NCBI GenBank assembly: GCA_034408725.1
Contig: JAWXCN010000013.1
Span: 1-24,258, forward strand
DNA from: Candidatus Hydrogenedentota bacterium
Lineage (GTDB): Bacteria > Hydrogenedentota > Hydrogenedentia > Hydrogenedentales > SLHB01
DNA: 24,258 bases
Reading direction: 5' to 3'
This document shows positions 16,052 to 23,647 of the stretch, in pieces. Below the pieces are notes generated by a model. The model was not told the DNA's origin, did no database searches, and saw only the letters and a list, made by a program, of their open reading frames with translations. A program made the position numbers and the translations under genes. Every line of letters starts with the position of its first letter. Position 1 is the first letter of the stretch.

Positions 16052-17362
16052 ATGGAAAGTAGTGGACATAGTTGGCGGCGCGGTTTTTCGCGCGTCGTTC
16101 AACTATGTCGTGATGTGCCTTTGGTATGGTTGGGAGCGTTGCCGATAGCAATCGCAGTAGGGAGCGTTGCGGCGACAATCGCGGGGGAGCCTGAATTCAT
16201 GCTGCCCACTTCGGGACTGCCACACGTAAAGCAGTTTAGCGTCGTCCTTTTTGTTCTGGTAGGAGCGATGATCCCGGCTGCGGTTGTTCATGAATTGGGA
16301 CGCATTTTGGGATTTCTTCCTGTTGACCGTGTTCGACTGTCGGCATTAATCTGGTTCGCAACTATAATATGGATTCCGATCGCTGTAGTTGTTACTAGTT
16401 TTCCGATCGCATTGCTGTTGCCGGAGTCTGACGACGCGGTGACGATACTGGTGCGCGGGTTGTGGGCCGTTATAAGCGTGGTGGGGGTCGCGTCGTGGTC
16501 TGCGGTGATGCAATCGTATCGGACGAGTATCGGAAATCTTGTTCCACTAATCGCCCTGCCAGTTATCGCCGTGGCTGCACGGCCCATCGGTGTGAGTCTG
16601 CTCGCGCTTGATACAGTGCAAGTGTTTTGGAATTTGGTCTGCGCGGCTGGAATCGGTTGGTCTTATGGTAGACGGGCTGAACTTGTTGGTTATGCTATGG
16701 ACGACTACCGGTATCGTTCACAGGCCTCATCTACTCGAAAAGGTCCATGGAAGTGGGACCGCAACCGCTATTGGAGACGCATGCGGTACAGCCCGATCAC
16801 CTTCCAATCATCGATGTTATGCGCAGTATCGTTAATCTCACCTTTGAGTATTCCATTGATGAAGCTGGTCGATCCTTTTGAAAACAAGAATTTGTCGGTG
16901 ATTGTGTTTGTAGGCTTGCCCATTCTGGCATTTGTCGTGCTATGCGGAAATTTGAGCGTGATGAGACCCTTGAAGTCGATGCCATGGAACGGATGGCAAA
17001 AAGTCAACCACATTGTCTTAGGGTTCGCTTGCGCTCATGTCTGTTGGCTTTTTTCAGCGGTATTGACTGAGGCGATATTTTCCGAATTCCCGTTCGCTGA
17101 AGTAGCGATGGTGATCGCATATTCCTTTGGTATCTCGCAGGTAATAGCGGCACTCGCATTTTTAATTCAACAGCAAATCCTGCGGATAATTTTTGTCGCC
17201 TCCACGTTATCATTCGGATTATTTGGCCCGTTTATATTCGTCATGGACTATTCGCGGTCATTCGCAATTGCGCTGCTCGCAAGCGCTATAGCAGGAATGC
17301 TGATTGGTCCATGGCTATTGTTCCACGCACAACAACGTGGCGCGATGTTGCGGTCACATTAG
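16052..17362 (+). CDS. Polytopic membrane protein, putative ABC-2-type permease (paralogue 4)
   Basis: Two hydrophobic halves with a basic linker; LGFLPVD and LKSMPWN motifs; RBS-like GAAAGGT. Confidence 0.68.
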   Translation: MESSGHSWRRGFSRVVQLCRDVPLVWLGALPIAIAVGSVAATIAGEPEFMLPTSGLPHVKQFSVVLFVLVGAMIPAAVVHELGRILGFLPVDRVRLSALIWFATIIWIPIAVVVTSFPIALLLPESDDAVTILVRGLWAVISVVGVASWSAVMQSYRTSIGNLVPLIALPVIAVAARPIGVSLLALDTVQVFWNLVCAAGIGWSYGRRAELVGYAMDDYRYRSQASSTRKGPWKWDRNRYWRRMRYSPITFQSSMLCAVSLISPLSIPLMKLVDPFENKNLSVIVFVGLPILAFVVLCGNLSVMRPLKSMPWNGWQKVNHIVLGFACAHVCWLFSAVLTEAIFSEFPFAEVAMVIAYSFGISQVIAALAFLIQQQILRIIFVASTLSFGLFGPFIFVMDYSRSFAIALLASAIAGMLIGPWLLFHAQQRGAMLRSH

Positions 17363-17365
17363 CAT

Positions 17366-17436
17366 CACCACGAAGACACGAAGAGCACGAAAATTTAATG
17401 CAATACACTCTTCGTGTTCTTCGTGTCTTCGTGGTG
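17366..17436. repeat. 26-bp inverted repeat built of triple CACGAA units
   Basis: CACCACGAAGACACGAAGAGCACGAA (17366-17391) and TTCGTGTTCTTCGTGTCTTCGTGGTG (17411-17436), 25/26 complementary, between convergent genes. Confidence 0.85.
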
Positions 17437-17444
17437 TAAAAAAA

Positions 17445-19244
17445 TTATTTTGGCGTTAACACGACGTACAACGGCAGGCCGACGTATTGAAAGTTTTCGA
17501 GCAGTTCCGCGTGCGGCGAGGCGTCGGGTTCTTCGGCCTGGTATTTTACTTTGACGAAACCTTCGAGTTGTTTGAGGACTTCTGGGTCCTGGAAGGTGGT
17601 TTCGTTCATGTAGAGACAGTTCTTGCACCAGGTGGCCCAGAAGTCGATGAGGACGGGTTTGTTTTCCTTGAGCGCTTGCGCTAGGCCTTGGTCGAGCGAA
17701 GACGTCCAGCCCGCCTCATTTTTCGATTGCGCGCTGGCGAGCACGGCTTTGCGGTCGACGAGGTAGCGCGCGCTGAATTGTTCGTAGGCCTGGTAGCCGT
17801 AGTACAGCGCGAACGCGAGGATGAACACGCCGAAGACCTGCTTCACGCGCACCATCCACATGCCGGGTTTTGGCAATAGCGACAGGCCTGCGCCCGCGAA
17901 CGGCCACGGCAGGGCCATGCCGACGCCGAGGAGGAACGGCAACGCGAGCGCGGCTTTCGATCCGCCCGAATATGCGTCCTGCGAATACAGCACGACAGCG
18001 ATGACGACTGGCGCGACGCATGCGCCTGCGAGCAGCGCGTTGATCGCGCCCATGACGAACGCGAAGAGGAAGTTGCCGGAATCTTTTTTGACGCCAAGTT
18101 TTTGCTGGTATTTGGTGAAGTCGATGACGATGACGTCGAACATGGCGAGCGCGAGCGCGATGAACACAACGGTGATGGACGCGTTGAACCACCATTGCGC
18201 GTTGAGCGTGCCGAAGCTGGCCGCGCCGAGCACGGCGACGACGCCGAGCACGCCGTACAACAGCGCGGTGCCGAGTCCATACATGCCGCCGAGCAGAAAC
18301 CCTTTCGTGCGAGAGCCGGCCCTTGCGCCCGCGCCGATGATCGCGAGGTTGACGGGAATGAGCGGCAACACGCAAGGCGTGAGGTTCAGCGCGACGCCGC
18401 CGATGAGCGTGAGCAGGACAACGAGCGGGAGTCCCAAGCCTTTCAACGTGAAACCGCCGCTGAACACGCTGCGGAGTCGCGCGGCCAGTCCGGTGGCTTC
18501 CGGCGCGTCCACCCCGCGTTGCGCGCGATCAATCCACCCCATGAACTCTTCCGAATTGAGATAGCCGCCGGTCTGCGCGGCGATGGAGAATTTCGGGAGC
18601 GTTTCGGTCCACGATTGCGCGGCAGCCGCGGCCGGCGTTCCCGTTATTGTGGGCGTATCGGTCGTTTGTGCGAGGGTAACCGGCGTTTCCGGCGGCGCGG
18701 CTTGCGCATTTTTTTCGATCGCCGCGAACAGTTCTGGTTCCCGGGCGGCGGGCGTTGTCCCCGGCGCGAGCACGGTGATGGGAATTTCGACGGGGATGTT
18801 CGCAGGTCCAAGGCAGCTCTTGTCATTGCACGCCTGGACGCGCAACGAACCTTTCAAGGTCAGCGTGCCCGGCGCGACGGTATCGGCGATGTTCAACGTA
18901 ATGCCGATGGGCGACTGATGTTCGTATACCGACATCGGCGTGGACGAAAACGAGAAGGTCATGTCCTTGCCGGGTTCATAAATGATTTGCGAAACGGTTA
19001 CCCCGTCGAGCGCGTCGAGTTTCAGCACGGTGGGGATCAGCAGCTTTTCGTGCGGTTTGTTGCTGTTGATGTGCCAAACATCCTGAATGGCAATGACGAC
19101 CGCGGCTTGTATCGTGCCGCCGGGGACTACGCCGTCGTGCGACGTATGGAACGTCAGCGAGACTTTATCTTTGCTCGAAGACAATTGCGCGTGCGCGCCG
19201 AACGCGCACAGCGCCGCCGCAAGTACCGCAAAGAAACGATGCAT
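17445..19244 (-). CDS. dsbD: DsbD-like thiol:disulfide interchange protein (N-terminal Ig-like, CcdA-type TM and thioredoxin domains)
   Basis: Signal peptide (..AFGAHA), QACNDKSC, NLTPCVLPLIP, AGACVAP, DFWATWCKNC. ATG 19244 lies 8 nt after GGAG. Confidence 0.88.
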   Translation of the reverse strand: MHRFFAVLAAALCAFGAHAQLSSSKDKVSLTFHTSHDGVVPGGTIQAAVVIAIQDVWHINSNKPHEKLLIPTVLKLDALDGVTVSQIIYEPGKDMTFSFSSTPMSVYEHQSPIGITLNIADTVAPGTLTLKGSLRVQACNDKSCLGPANIPVEIPITVLAPGTTPAAREPELFAAIEKNAQAAPPETPVTLAQTTDTPTITGTPAAAAAQSWTETLPKFSIAAQTGGYLNSEEFMGWIDRAQRGVDAPEATGLAARLRSVFSGGFTLKGLGLPLVVLLTLIGGVALNLTPCVLPLIPVNLAIIGAGARAGSRTKGFLLGGMYGLGTALLYGVLGVVAVLGAASFGTLNAQWWFNASITVVFIALALAMFDVIVIDFTKYQQKLGVKKDSGNFLFAFVMGAINALLAGACVAPVVIAVVLYSQDAYSGGSKAALALPFLLGVGMALPWPFAGAGLSLLPKPGMWMVRVKQVFGVFILAFALYYGYQAYEQFSARYLVDRKAVLASAQSKNEAGWTSSLDQGLAQALKENKPVLIDFWATWCKNCLYMNETTFQDPEVLKQLEGFVKVKYQAEEPDASPHAELLENFQYVGLPLYVVLTPK

Positions 19245-19247
19245 CAA

Positions 19248-19309
19248 CCGCACTCCAAACTATTTTTGACTGCGGTAGCGGAGTCCGCTTCGGACGCAGC
19301 TACCGCTTT
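19248..19309. repeat. Back-to-back REP units of the TTGGA(G/C)TGCGG...CCGCTTT family
   Basis: CCGCACTCCAAA (19248-19259) followed by TTTGACTGCGGTAGC..GTCCG-ctt-CGGAC..GCTACCGCTTT; the downstream CCGCTTTCACTT is identical to REPIN copies 1 and 2. Confidence 0.7.
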
Positions 19310-19360
19310 CACTTTGGGGCACAAATGGCCTCCACGATTACTCAAATCACCTTGGCAGAC

Positions 19361-21562
19361 CTAACGACTAAGCGGCAGCGCTCCAACGAGTAGTTTAACA
19401 AATTCCTCCGGCGACGTGACCGGCGCCTGGCAGGCGTAGTCCTTGCACACATAGGCCGCAGCTTTTCCGTTGACGAGAGTCTTTCCTTGGAGCAAGGGCA
19501 TGTTCGTACCGTCAGCAGACTCCGCAAATGCGACGACCTTATTGGGAACAAATTGCGCGTGCAACGCGGACAACAGCGCGCGCGTATCCTCACCGTTTGC
19601 GGGACCGATAATCGCGATCTCCTTCGGCGCGTTCACGATAAAATCCACCGCGCTGATCATTTTCATGAAACCGCGCGGCGCGCCAGACATGTTTTCCACG
19701 TTGAGCTTGAGCACGGTGTGCGCCTTATCGAAGTAGTCCTTGTTGTCGCGCAGTTTCGCGAGACGCAACAGCGCGGTCGCGGCCATGGTGTTGCCAGAAG
19801 GTTCCGCGCCATCGTACGTCGGCTTGGTGCGCGTGAGCAGATGCTTGTGATTTTCCGTCGTCGAGAAAAACGCGCCAGCTTCCTTGTCCCAGAAATGCTC
19901 GACCATCTCCTTCGCGAGTGTATCTGCGGCATCGAGCCATTGCGCGTCAAACGTCGCTTCATACAAATCAATCAAGCCCAGCGATGTAAACGCGTAATCA
20001 TCGAGATAGCCCGGCAACCGGCTTTCACCCTTGCGGTGCGTGCGCAGGAGAACTCCGTCTTCGCGCATGTCGTTCATGAGAAATTTCGCCGCGCGTTCGG
20101 CGGCATCGCGGTACCGCGAATCGCCAAGTACCTGATACCCCTGCGCCAGCGCGGAGATCATCAGCCCATTCCACGACGAGAGCACTTTGTCGTCCAACCC
20201 CGGGCGCACGCGTTTTGCGCGTCCGGTCAAAAGCTTCGCTCGGCACTCCGCGATCTTTTTCTCGAAGTCTCCCGTGGACATGCTGAATTCTTTTGCAACG
20301 ACATCCGCGGGCCGCGTGATGTGCAGAATATTTTTGCCCGCATGATATTTTTCGTGCGAACTGAAATTACCGCCGGGCCGCGCGTTGTAAAACTGGCAGA
20401 ACAAATAACCGTCAGCGTCGCCGAGCGCGTCCATGATTTCGTCCTGCTTCCAGACGTAGAATTTGCCTTCCTCATCTTCGCTGTCCGCGTCCTCGGTGGA
20501 ATGAAACGCGCCGCCGGGGTCCTGCATATCGCGCAACTCGTAATCGAGCACTTCCCGCGCAACGCGCGCGAATAGCGGGTCGCCCGTTGCTTGAAATGCT
20601 TCGAGATACACCGGCACAAGCTGCGCGTTGTCGTACAGCATTTTCTCGAAGTGCGGCACGAGCCATTGCGCATCCACGGAGTACCGATGGAACCCGCCTC
20701 CGAGATGATCGTACATGCCACCGTTGAACATGCGCGTGAGCGTGAACGCCGCCATTTCGAGCGACTGCTTGTCACCGGTGTTGTAATAGTGGCGGAGCAA
20801 AACGGCGATAGACGGCGCGGACGGAAATTTTGGCGCGCCGCCGAACCCGCCGTAATGCGGATCGAACGTGGAGCGCAGTTCATTCACCGCGCCTTCGACG
20901 AGCGCATACGACAGCTCGCCCGGTTCCGCGGCCTTCGCGCTGGTAGTTTGTTTCACGTAGTCCGTCAGTTGGTCCGCGCTTTTGGAAACTTCATCCCGGC
21001 GCTCCTTCCAGGTCTGCGCGATCGAGTTGAGCACCGTCTTGAACCCAGGCCGGCCGTACATATCCTCTGGCGGATAATACGTGCCCCCGTAGAACGGTTT
21101 GAGTTCGGGCGTGAGCCAGACCGACATTGGCCATCCTCCGCTGCCGGTCAGAATCTGCACAGCGGTCATATAAATCTCGTCGATGTCGGGGCGCTCTTCG
21201 CGGTCAACCTTGATGCTGATGAAATGCGCGTTGAGGATGTCCGCTACGTCTTCCTTCTCGAACGATTCCCGCTCCATCACATGGCACCAGTGACAAGCCG
21301 AATAACCGATGCTAAGAAAGATTGGTTTGTCTTCTACGCGCGCTTTCTCCAGCGCCTCCTCGCCCCACGGATACCAATTCACCGGGTTGTGCGCGTGCTG
21401 GAGGAGGTAGGGGCTCGTCTCGTGCGCGAGACGGTTGGTATGTTTGGGCGCCGCGTTTGCGGTGGTCACCGGGGTCTCCTTTACGGGATGGTCTTCGGGC
21501 TGCGCGGGCGCGATGCAAATGAGGACGATTCCAACTGTCCACACCGGGGAACGTGGGGTCAT
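19361..21562 (-). CDS. Thioredoxin-domain protein YyaL/SSP411 family (DUF255 plus alpha/alpha-barrel)
   Basis: [78 protein letters not shown]-terminal YVCKDYAC. Start ambiguous (ATG 21562 or GTG 21469). Confidence 0.93.
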   Translation of the reverse strand: MTPRSPVWTVGIVLICIAPAQPEDHPVKETPVTTANAAPKHTNRLAHETSPYLLQHAHNPVNWYPWGEEALEKARVEDKPIFLSIGYSACHWCHVMERESFEKEDVADILNAHFISIKVDREERPDIDEIYMTAVQILTGSGGWPMSVWLTPELKPFYGGTYYPPEDMYGRPGFKTVLNSIAQTWKERRDEVSKSADQLTDYVKQTTSAKAAEPGELSYALVEGAVNELRSTFDPHYGGFGGAPKFPSAPSIAVLLRHYYNTGDKQSLEMAAFTLTRMFNGGMYDHLGGGFHRYSVDAQWLVPHFEKMLYDNAQLVPVYLEAFQATGDPLFARVAREVLDYELRDMQDPGGAFHSTEDADSEDEEGKFYVWKQDEIMDALGDADGYLFCQFYNARPGGNFSSHEKYHAGKNILHITRPADVVAKEFSMSTGDFEKKIAECRAKLLTGRAKRVRPGLDDKVLSSWNGLMISALAQGYQVLGDSRYRDAAERAAKFLMNDMREDGVLLRTHRKGESRLPGYLDDYAFTSLGLIDLYEATFDAQWLDAADTLAKEMVEHFWDKEAGAFFSTTENHKHLLTRTKPTYDGAEPSGNTMAATALLRLAKLRDNKDYFDKAHTVLKLNVENMSGAPRGFMKMISAVDFIVNAPKEIAIIGPANGEDTRALLSALHAQFVPNKVVAFAESADGTNMPLLQGKTLVNGKAAAYVCKDYACQAPVTSPEEFVKLLVGALPLSR

Positions 21563-21625
21563 TGCGCGCACCGTTTTCTTCCGTTGCCAACAGCCTATCG
21601 CAGCCGCCGATTCCATCGCAGGGTA

Positions 21626-22022
21626 ACATCCCCCTAAATCCCCCTTCAAAGGGGGACTTAAGAAGCCAGTCAACGTCGATCGCGTTAAATCACGATGAAG
21701 TAGCAAAATAGTTGGATGTACCTATCTCGAAAGTCCCCGCTGAGCCCCTTACTGTGCGCTTGAAGTTGTCGCCCACATACAGCCAAAGCGGTGTCTGCGC
21801 TACCCGCTCCGCCACCGCAGTCCAAATAGTCCCTCCCCTTAGCAGGAAGCCTATTTGGACTGCGGCGGCCCCCAAGGCGCCGCTTTGGCTGTTTATCGGA
21901 GATGGACGACGGGGGACTCATTACGCCAACCAACGTCGATGCGGTAATCACGATGGAGTGCCAAGATACCTCGAATCAGCCATCTTGAAAGTCCCCCTTT
22001 GAAGGGGGATTTAGGGGGATGT
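21626..22022. mobile_element. 397-bp MITE-like composite with perfect 34-bp terminal inverted repeats
   Basis: ACATCCCCCTAAATCCCCCTTCAAAGGGGGACTT (21626-21659) is the exact reverse complement of 21989-22022; no coding capacity. Confidence 0.8.
21779..21892. repeat. Inverted REP doublet of the TTGGACTGCGG...CCGCTTT family
   Basis: ACAGCCAAAGCGGTG/CGCCGCTTTGGCTGT outer arms and CCGCAGTCCAAATAG (21815-21829)/CTATTTGGACTGCGG (21851-21865) inner arms. Confidence 0.75.
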
Positions 22023-22059
22023 GGTTTCCCTAGAGTGTAAACATACTGAACAATCTGGA

Positions 22060-22081
22060 GTCCCGATTCTGGAATCGGGAC
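22060..22081. repeat. Perfect palindrome GTCCCGATTC-tg-GAATCGGGAC
   Basis: 10-bp arms with a 2-nt centre, read directly. Confidence 0.8.
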
Positions 22082-22183
22082 GGGGCGGACGGGTTTTTGT
22101 GTCTCCCCGCGAGCATCTTGAAAACGATGTATCCTCCATACAATAAAGGACTTGCGGATGGTCAACGTGCAAAGCTCTCAAAC

Positions 22184-22199
22184 TGGCATCACCCTTGCT
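22184..22199 (+). promoter_or_regulatory. sigma54 (-24/-12) promoter with upstream IHF-like site
   Basis: TGGCATCACCCTTGCT, exact GG-N10-GC spacing; AATAAAGGACTTG (22142-22154) matches WATCAANNNNTTR with one mismatch. Confidence 0.7.
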
Positions 22200-22210
22200 C
22201 TATCTTAAAT

Positions 22211-22324
22211 CCACGTTGTCGGCGAAGGGTTTTTCTAAATCCAACCCGTCCGGCGCACCTGTCGTGCGTTGGAATATAGAAGCGGGCGCTTGAGCTACCC
22301 ACTCAAGCGCCCGCCGATATTTTT
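22211..22324 (+). ncRNA. Candidate sigma54-dependent small RNA (~110 nt)
   Basis: Lies between the predicted sigma54 start site and a strong hairpin plus T tract; no ATG-initiated ORF or RBS; internal hairpins. Inferred only. Confidence 0.45.
22282..22324. terminator. Likely bidirectional terminator (fba on minus, candidate sRNA on plus)
   Basis: Perfect 13-bp stem GCGGGCGCTTGAG/CTCAAGCGCCCGC, 7-nt loop; plus-strand tail CGATATTTTT, minus-strand tail TTCTATATT. Confidence 0.8.
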
Positions 22325-22338
22325 GCATGGAACCGGGA

Positions 22339-23400
22339 CTACTTCACCGCGGCGGCAATAGCTCCGGACTTGTAGAGTTTCTTCATGTCGTCGAGGCTCA
22401 TCTGCGAATACGTGCCCGCGTGCCCCGCCTGTCCGAACGAGTTCATCCGGCTGAGATAGACCTGCTTGGCTGCCTCGCGCGCGGGTCCGAGCCAGTCGCG
22501 CGGGTCAAACTTGTCGGGATGCTCAATGAGCACCTTGCGCACTGCGCCGGTCATGGCAAGGCGGCTGTCGGTATCGACGTTGATCTTGCGCACGCCGTGC
22601 TTGATGCCGTCTTGAATCTGTTCAACGGGTACGCCATACGTCCCCGGCATTTTCCCGCCGTACTGGTTGATGATATCGACAAGGTGCTTGGGCACGCTCG
22701 ACGAGCCGTGCATCACCATGTGGCAGTTCGGCATGCGCTCGTGAATTTCGTGGATGCGCTCCATCGCGAGCGCGGGGGGCAGCATTTCCCCGGTCTTCGG
22801 GTCTTTGCGCAACGATTTGTAAGCGCCGTGACTGGTGCCGATGGCGACCGCGAGCGCGTCCACACCGGTCAATGCGACAAATTCTTCGGCCTGCACCGGG
22901 TCGGTGAGGTGTTCCGTGTCGTCAACCGCGATGCCCGCGCCGTGCCCGTCTTCAATACCGCCAAGACAACCGAGTTCGCCTTCAACGGTGACGCCGAGGG
23001 GATGGGCCAGTTCGACGACCGCGCGCGTGACTTCGACGTTCTCCTCATACGAATTAGGCGTTTTGCCGTCTTCGCCGAGGGAGCCGTCCATCATGACGGA
23101 AGTGAAGCCGAGTTCGATGGCCTGTTTGCAGGTGTCGATGCTGTTGCCGTGGTCGAGGTGTAGCGCGACGGGGATGTGCGGGTATTCGATCACCGCGGCT
23201 TCCATGAGCTTTTTCAGGTAGATCATGCGGCTGTACTTGAGGGCGCCGCGGCTGGCCTGGATGATCACGGGACTTTTCGTTTCGTGGGCCGCTTCCATGA
23301 TCGCCTGGATTTGTTCCATATTGTTGACGTTGAACGCGCCGACGCCGTAACCGCCTTTGGCGGCTTCATCGAGTATCTGTCGCATGGGCACAAGAGGCAT
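22339..23400 (-). CDS. fba: Class II fructose-1,6-bisphosphate aldolase
   Basis: GAFNVNNMEQ, LHLDHG, GFTSVMMDGS, VEGELG, AIGTSHGAYK, VMHGSS, KINVDTD, FDPR; RBS GGGAG. Confidence 0.97.
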   Translation of the reverse strand: MPLVPMRQILDEAAKGGYGVGAFNVNNMEQIQAIMEAAHETKSPVIIQASRGALKYSRMIYLKKLMEAAVIEYPHIPVALHLDHGNSIDTCKQAIELGFTSVMMDGSLGEDGKTPNSYEENVEVTRAVVELAHPLGVTVEGELGCLGGIEDGHGAGIAVDDTEHLTDPVQAEEFVALTGVDALAVAIGTSHGAYKSLRKDPKTGEMLPPALAMERIHEIHERMPNCHMVMHGSSSVPKHLVDIINQYGGKMPGTYGVPVEQIQDGIKHGVRKINVDTDSRLAMTGAVRKVLIEHPDKFDPRDWLGPAREAAKQVYLSRMNSFGQAGHAGTYSQMSLDDMKKLYKSGAIAAAVK

Positions 23401-23469
23401 GGTTTATCTCCCTAACCTGGGCAGGCCGCAAATGCAGCGCCACGGAACATTTTGGGTACACAGGTTCAA

Positions 23470-23499
23470 ATCGTATCATTCGACCGCGGGAAAACACAA
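23470..23499 (-). promoter_or_regulatory. Putative sigma70 promoter of fba
   Basis: Minus strand TTGTGT-N18-TACGAT with extended -10 TGn. Confidence 0.35.
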
Positions 23500-23647
23500 A
23501 ATTGCAAGTGTTCGGTTCTCGTACCCGAACTCCCCGCTGACATAAGGAGTGCGCGAGCGGGTTACCGCTAAATCGATTCCCATCCACGCCCCAGTGTACT
23601 ATCAGCGAACGAATCCACCACTTCCACACGCATGCGAGGGCGTCCAC

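Noticed and set aside
17366-17444. Canonical intrinsic terminator between permease 4 and dsbD
   Set aside because: The long stem lacks an adjacent U-tract on either strand, so it was annotated as a repeat, although it may still stop or stabilise transcripts.
18102-21637. Long plus-strand ORFs (18102-19364, 19487-20575, 20591-21637)
   Set aside because: Antisense shadows of GC-rich dsbD and yyaL with no recognisable motifs; the same applies to 614-1600, 2502-3572 and 22327-23163.
21563-21706. N-terminal extension of YyaL in the ORF track
   Set aside because: Runs through the MITE inverted repeat ([10 protein letters not shown]), so it is not credible coding sequence.
22150-22280. c-di-GMP riboswitch or CsrB-like RNA
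   Set aside because: Only a GCAAAGC fragment resembles GEMM, there is no downstream gene on that strand, and there is no series of GGA loops.
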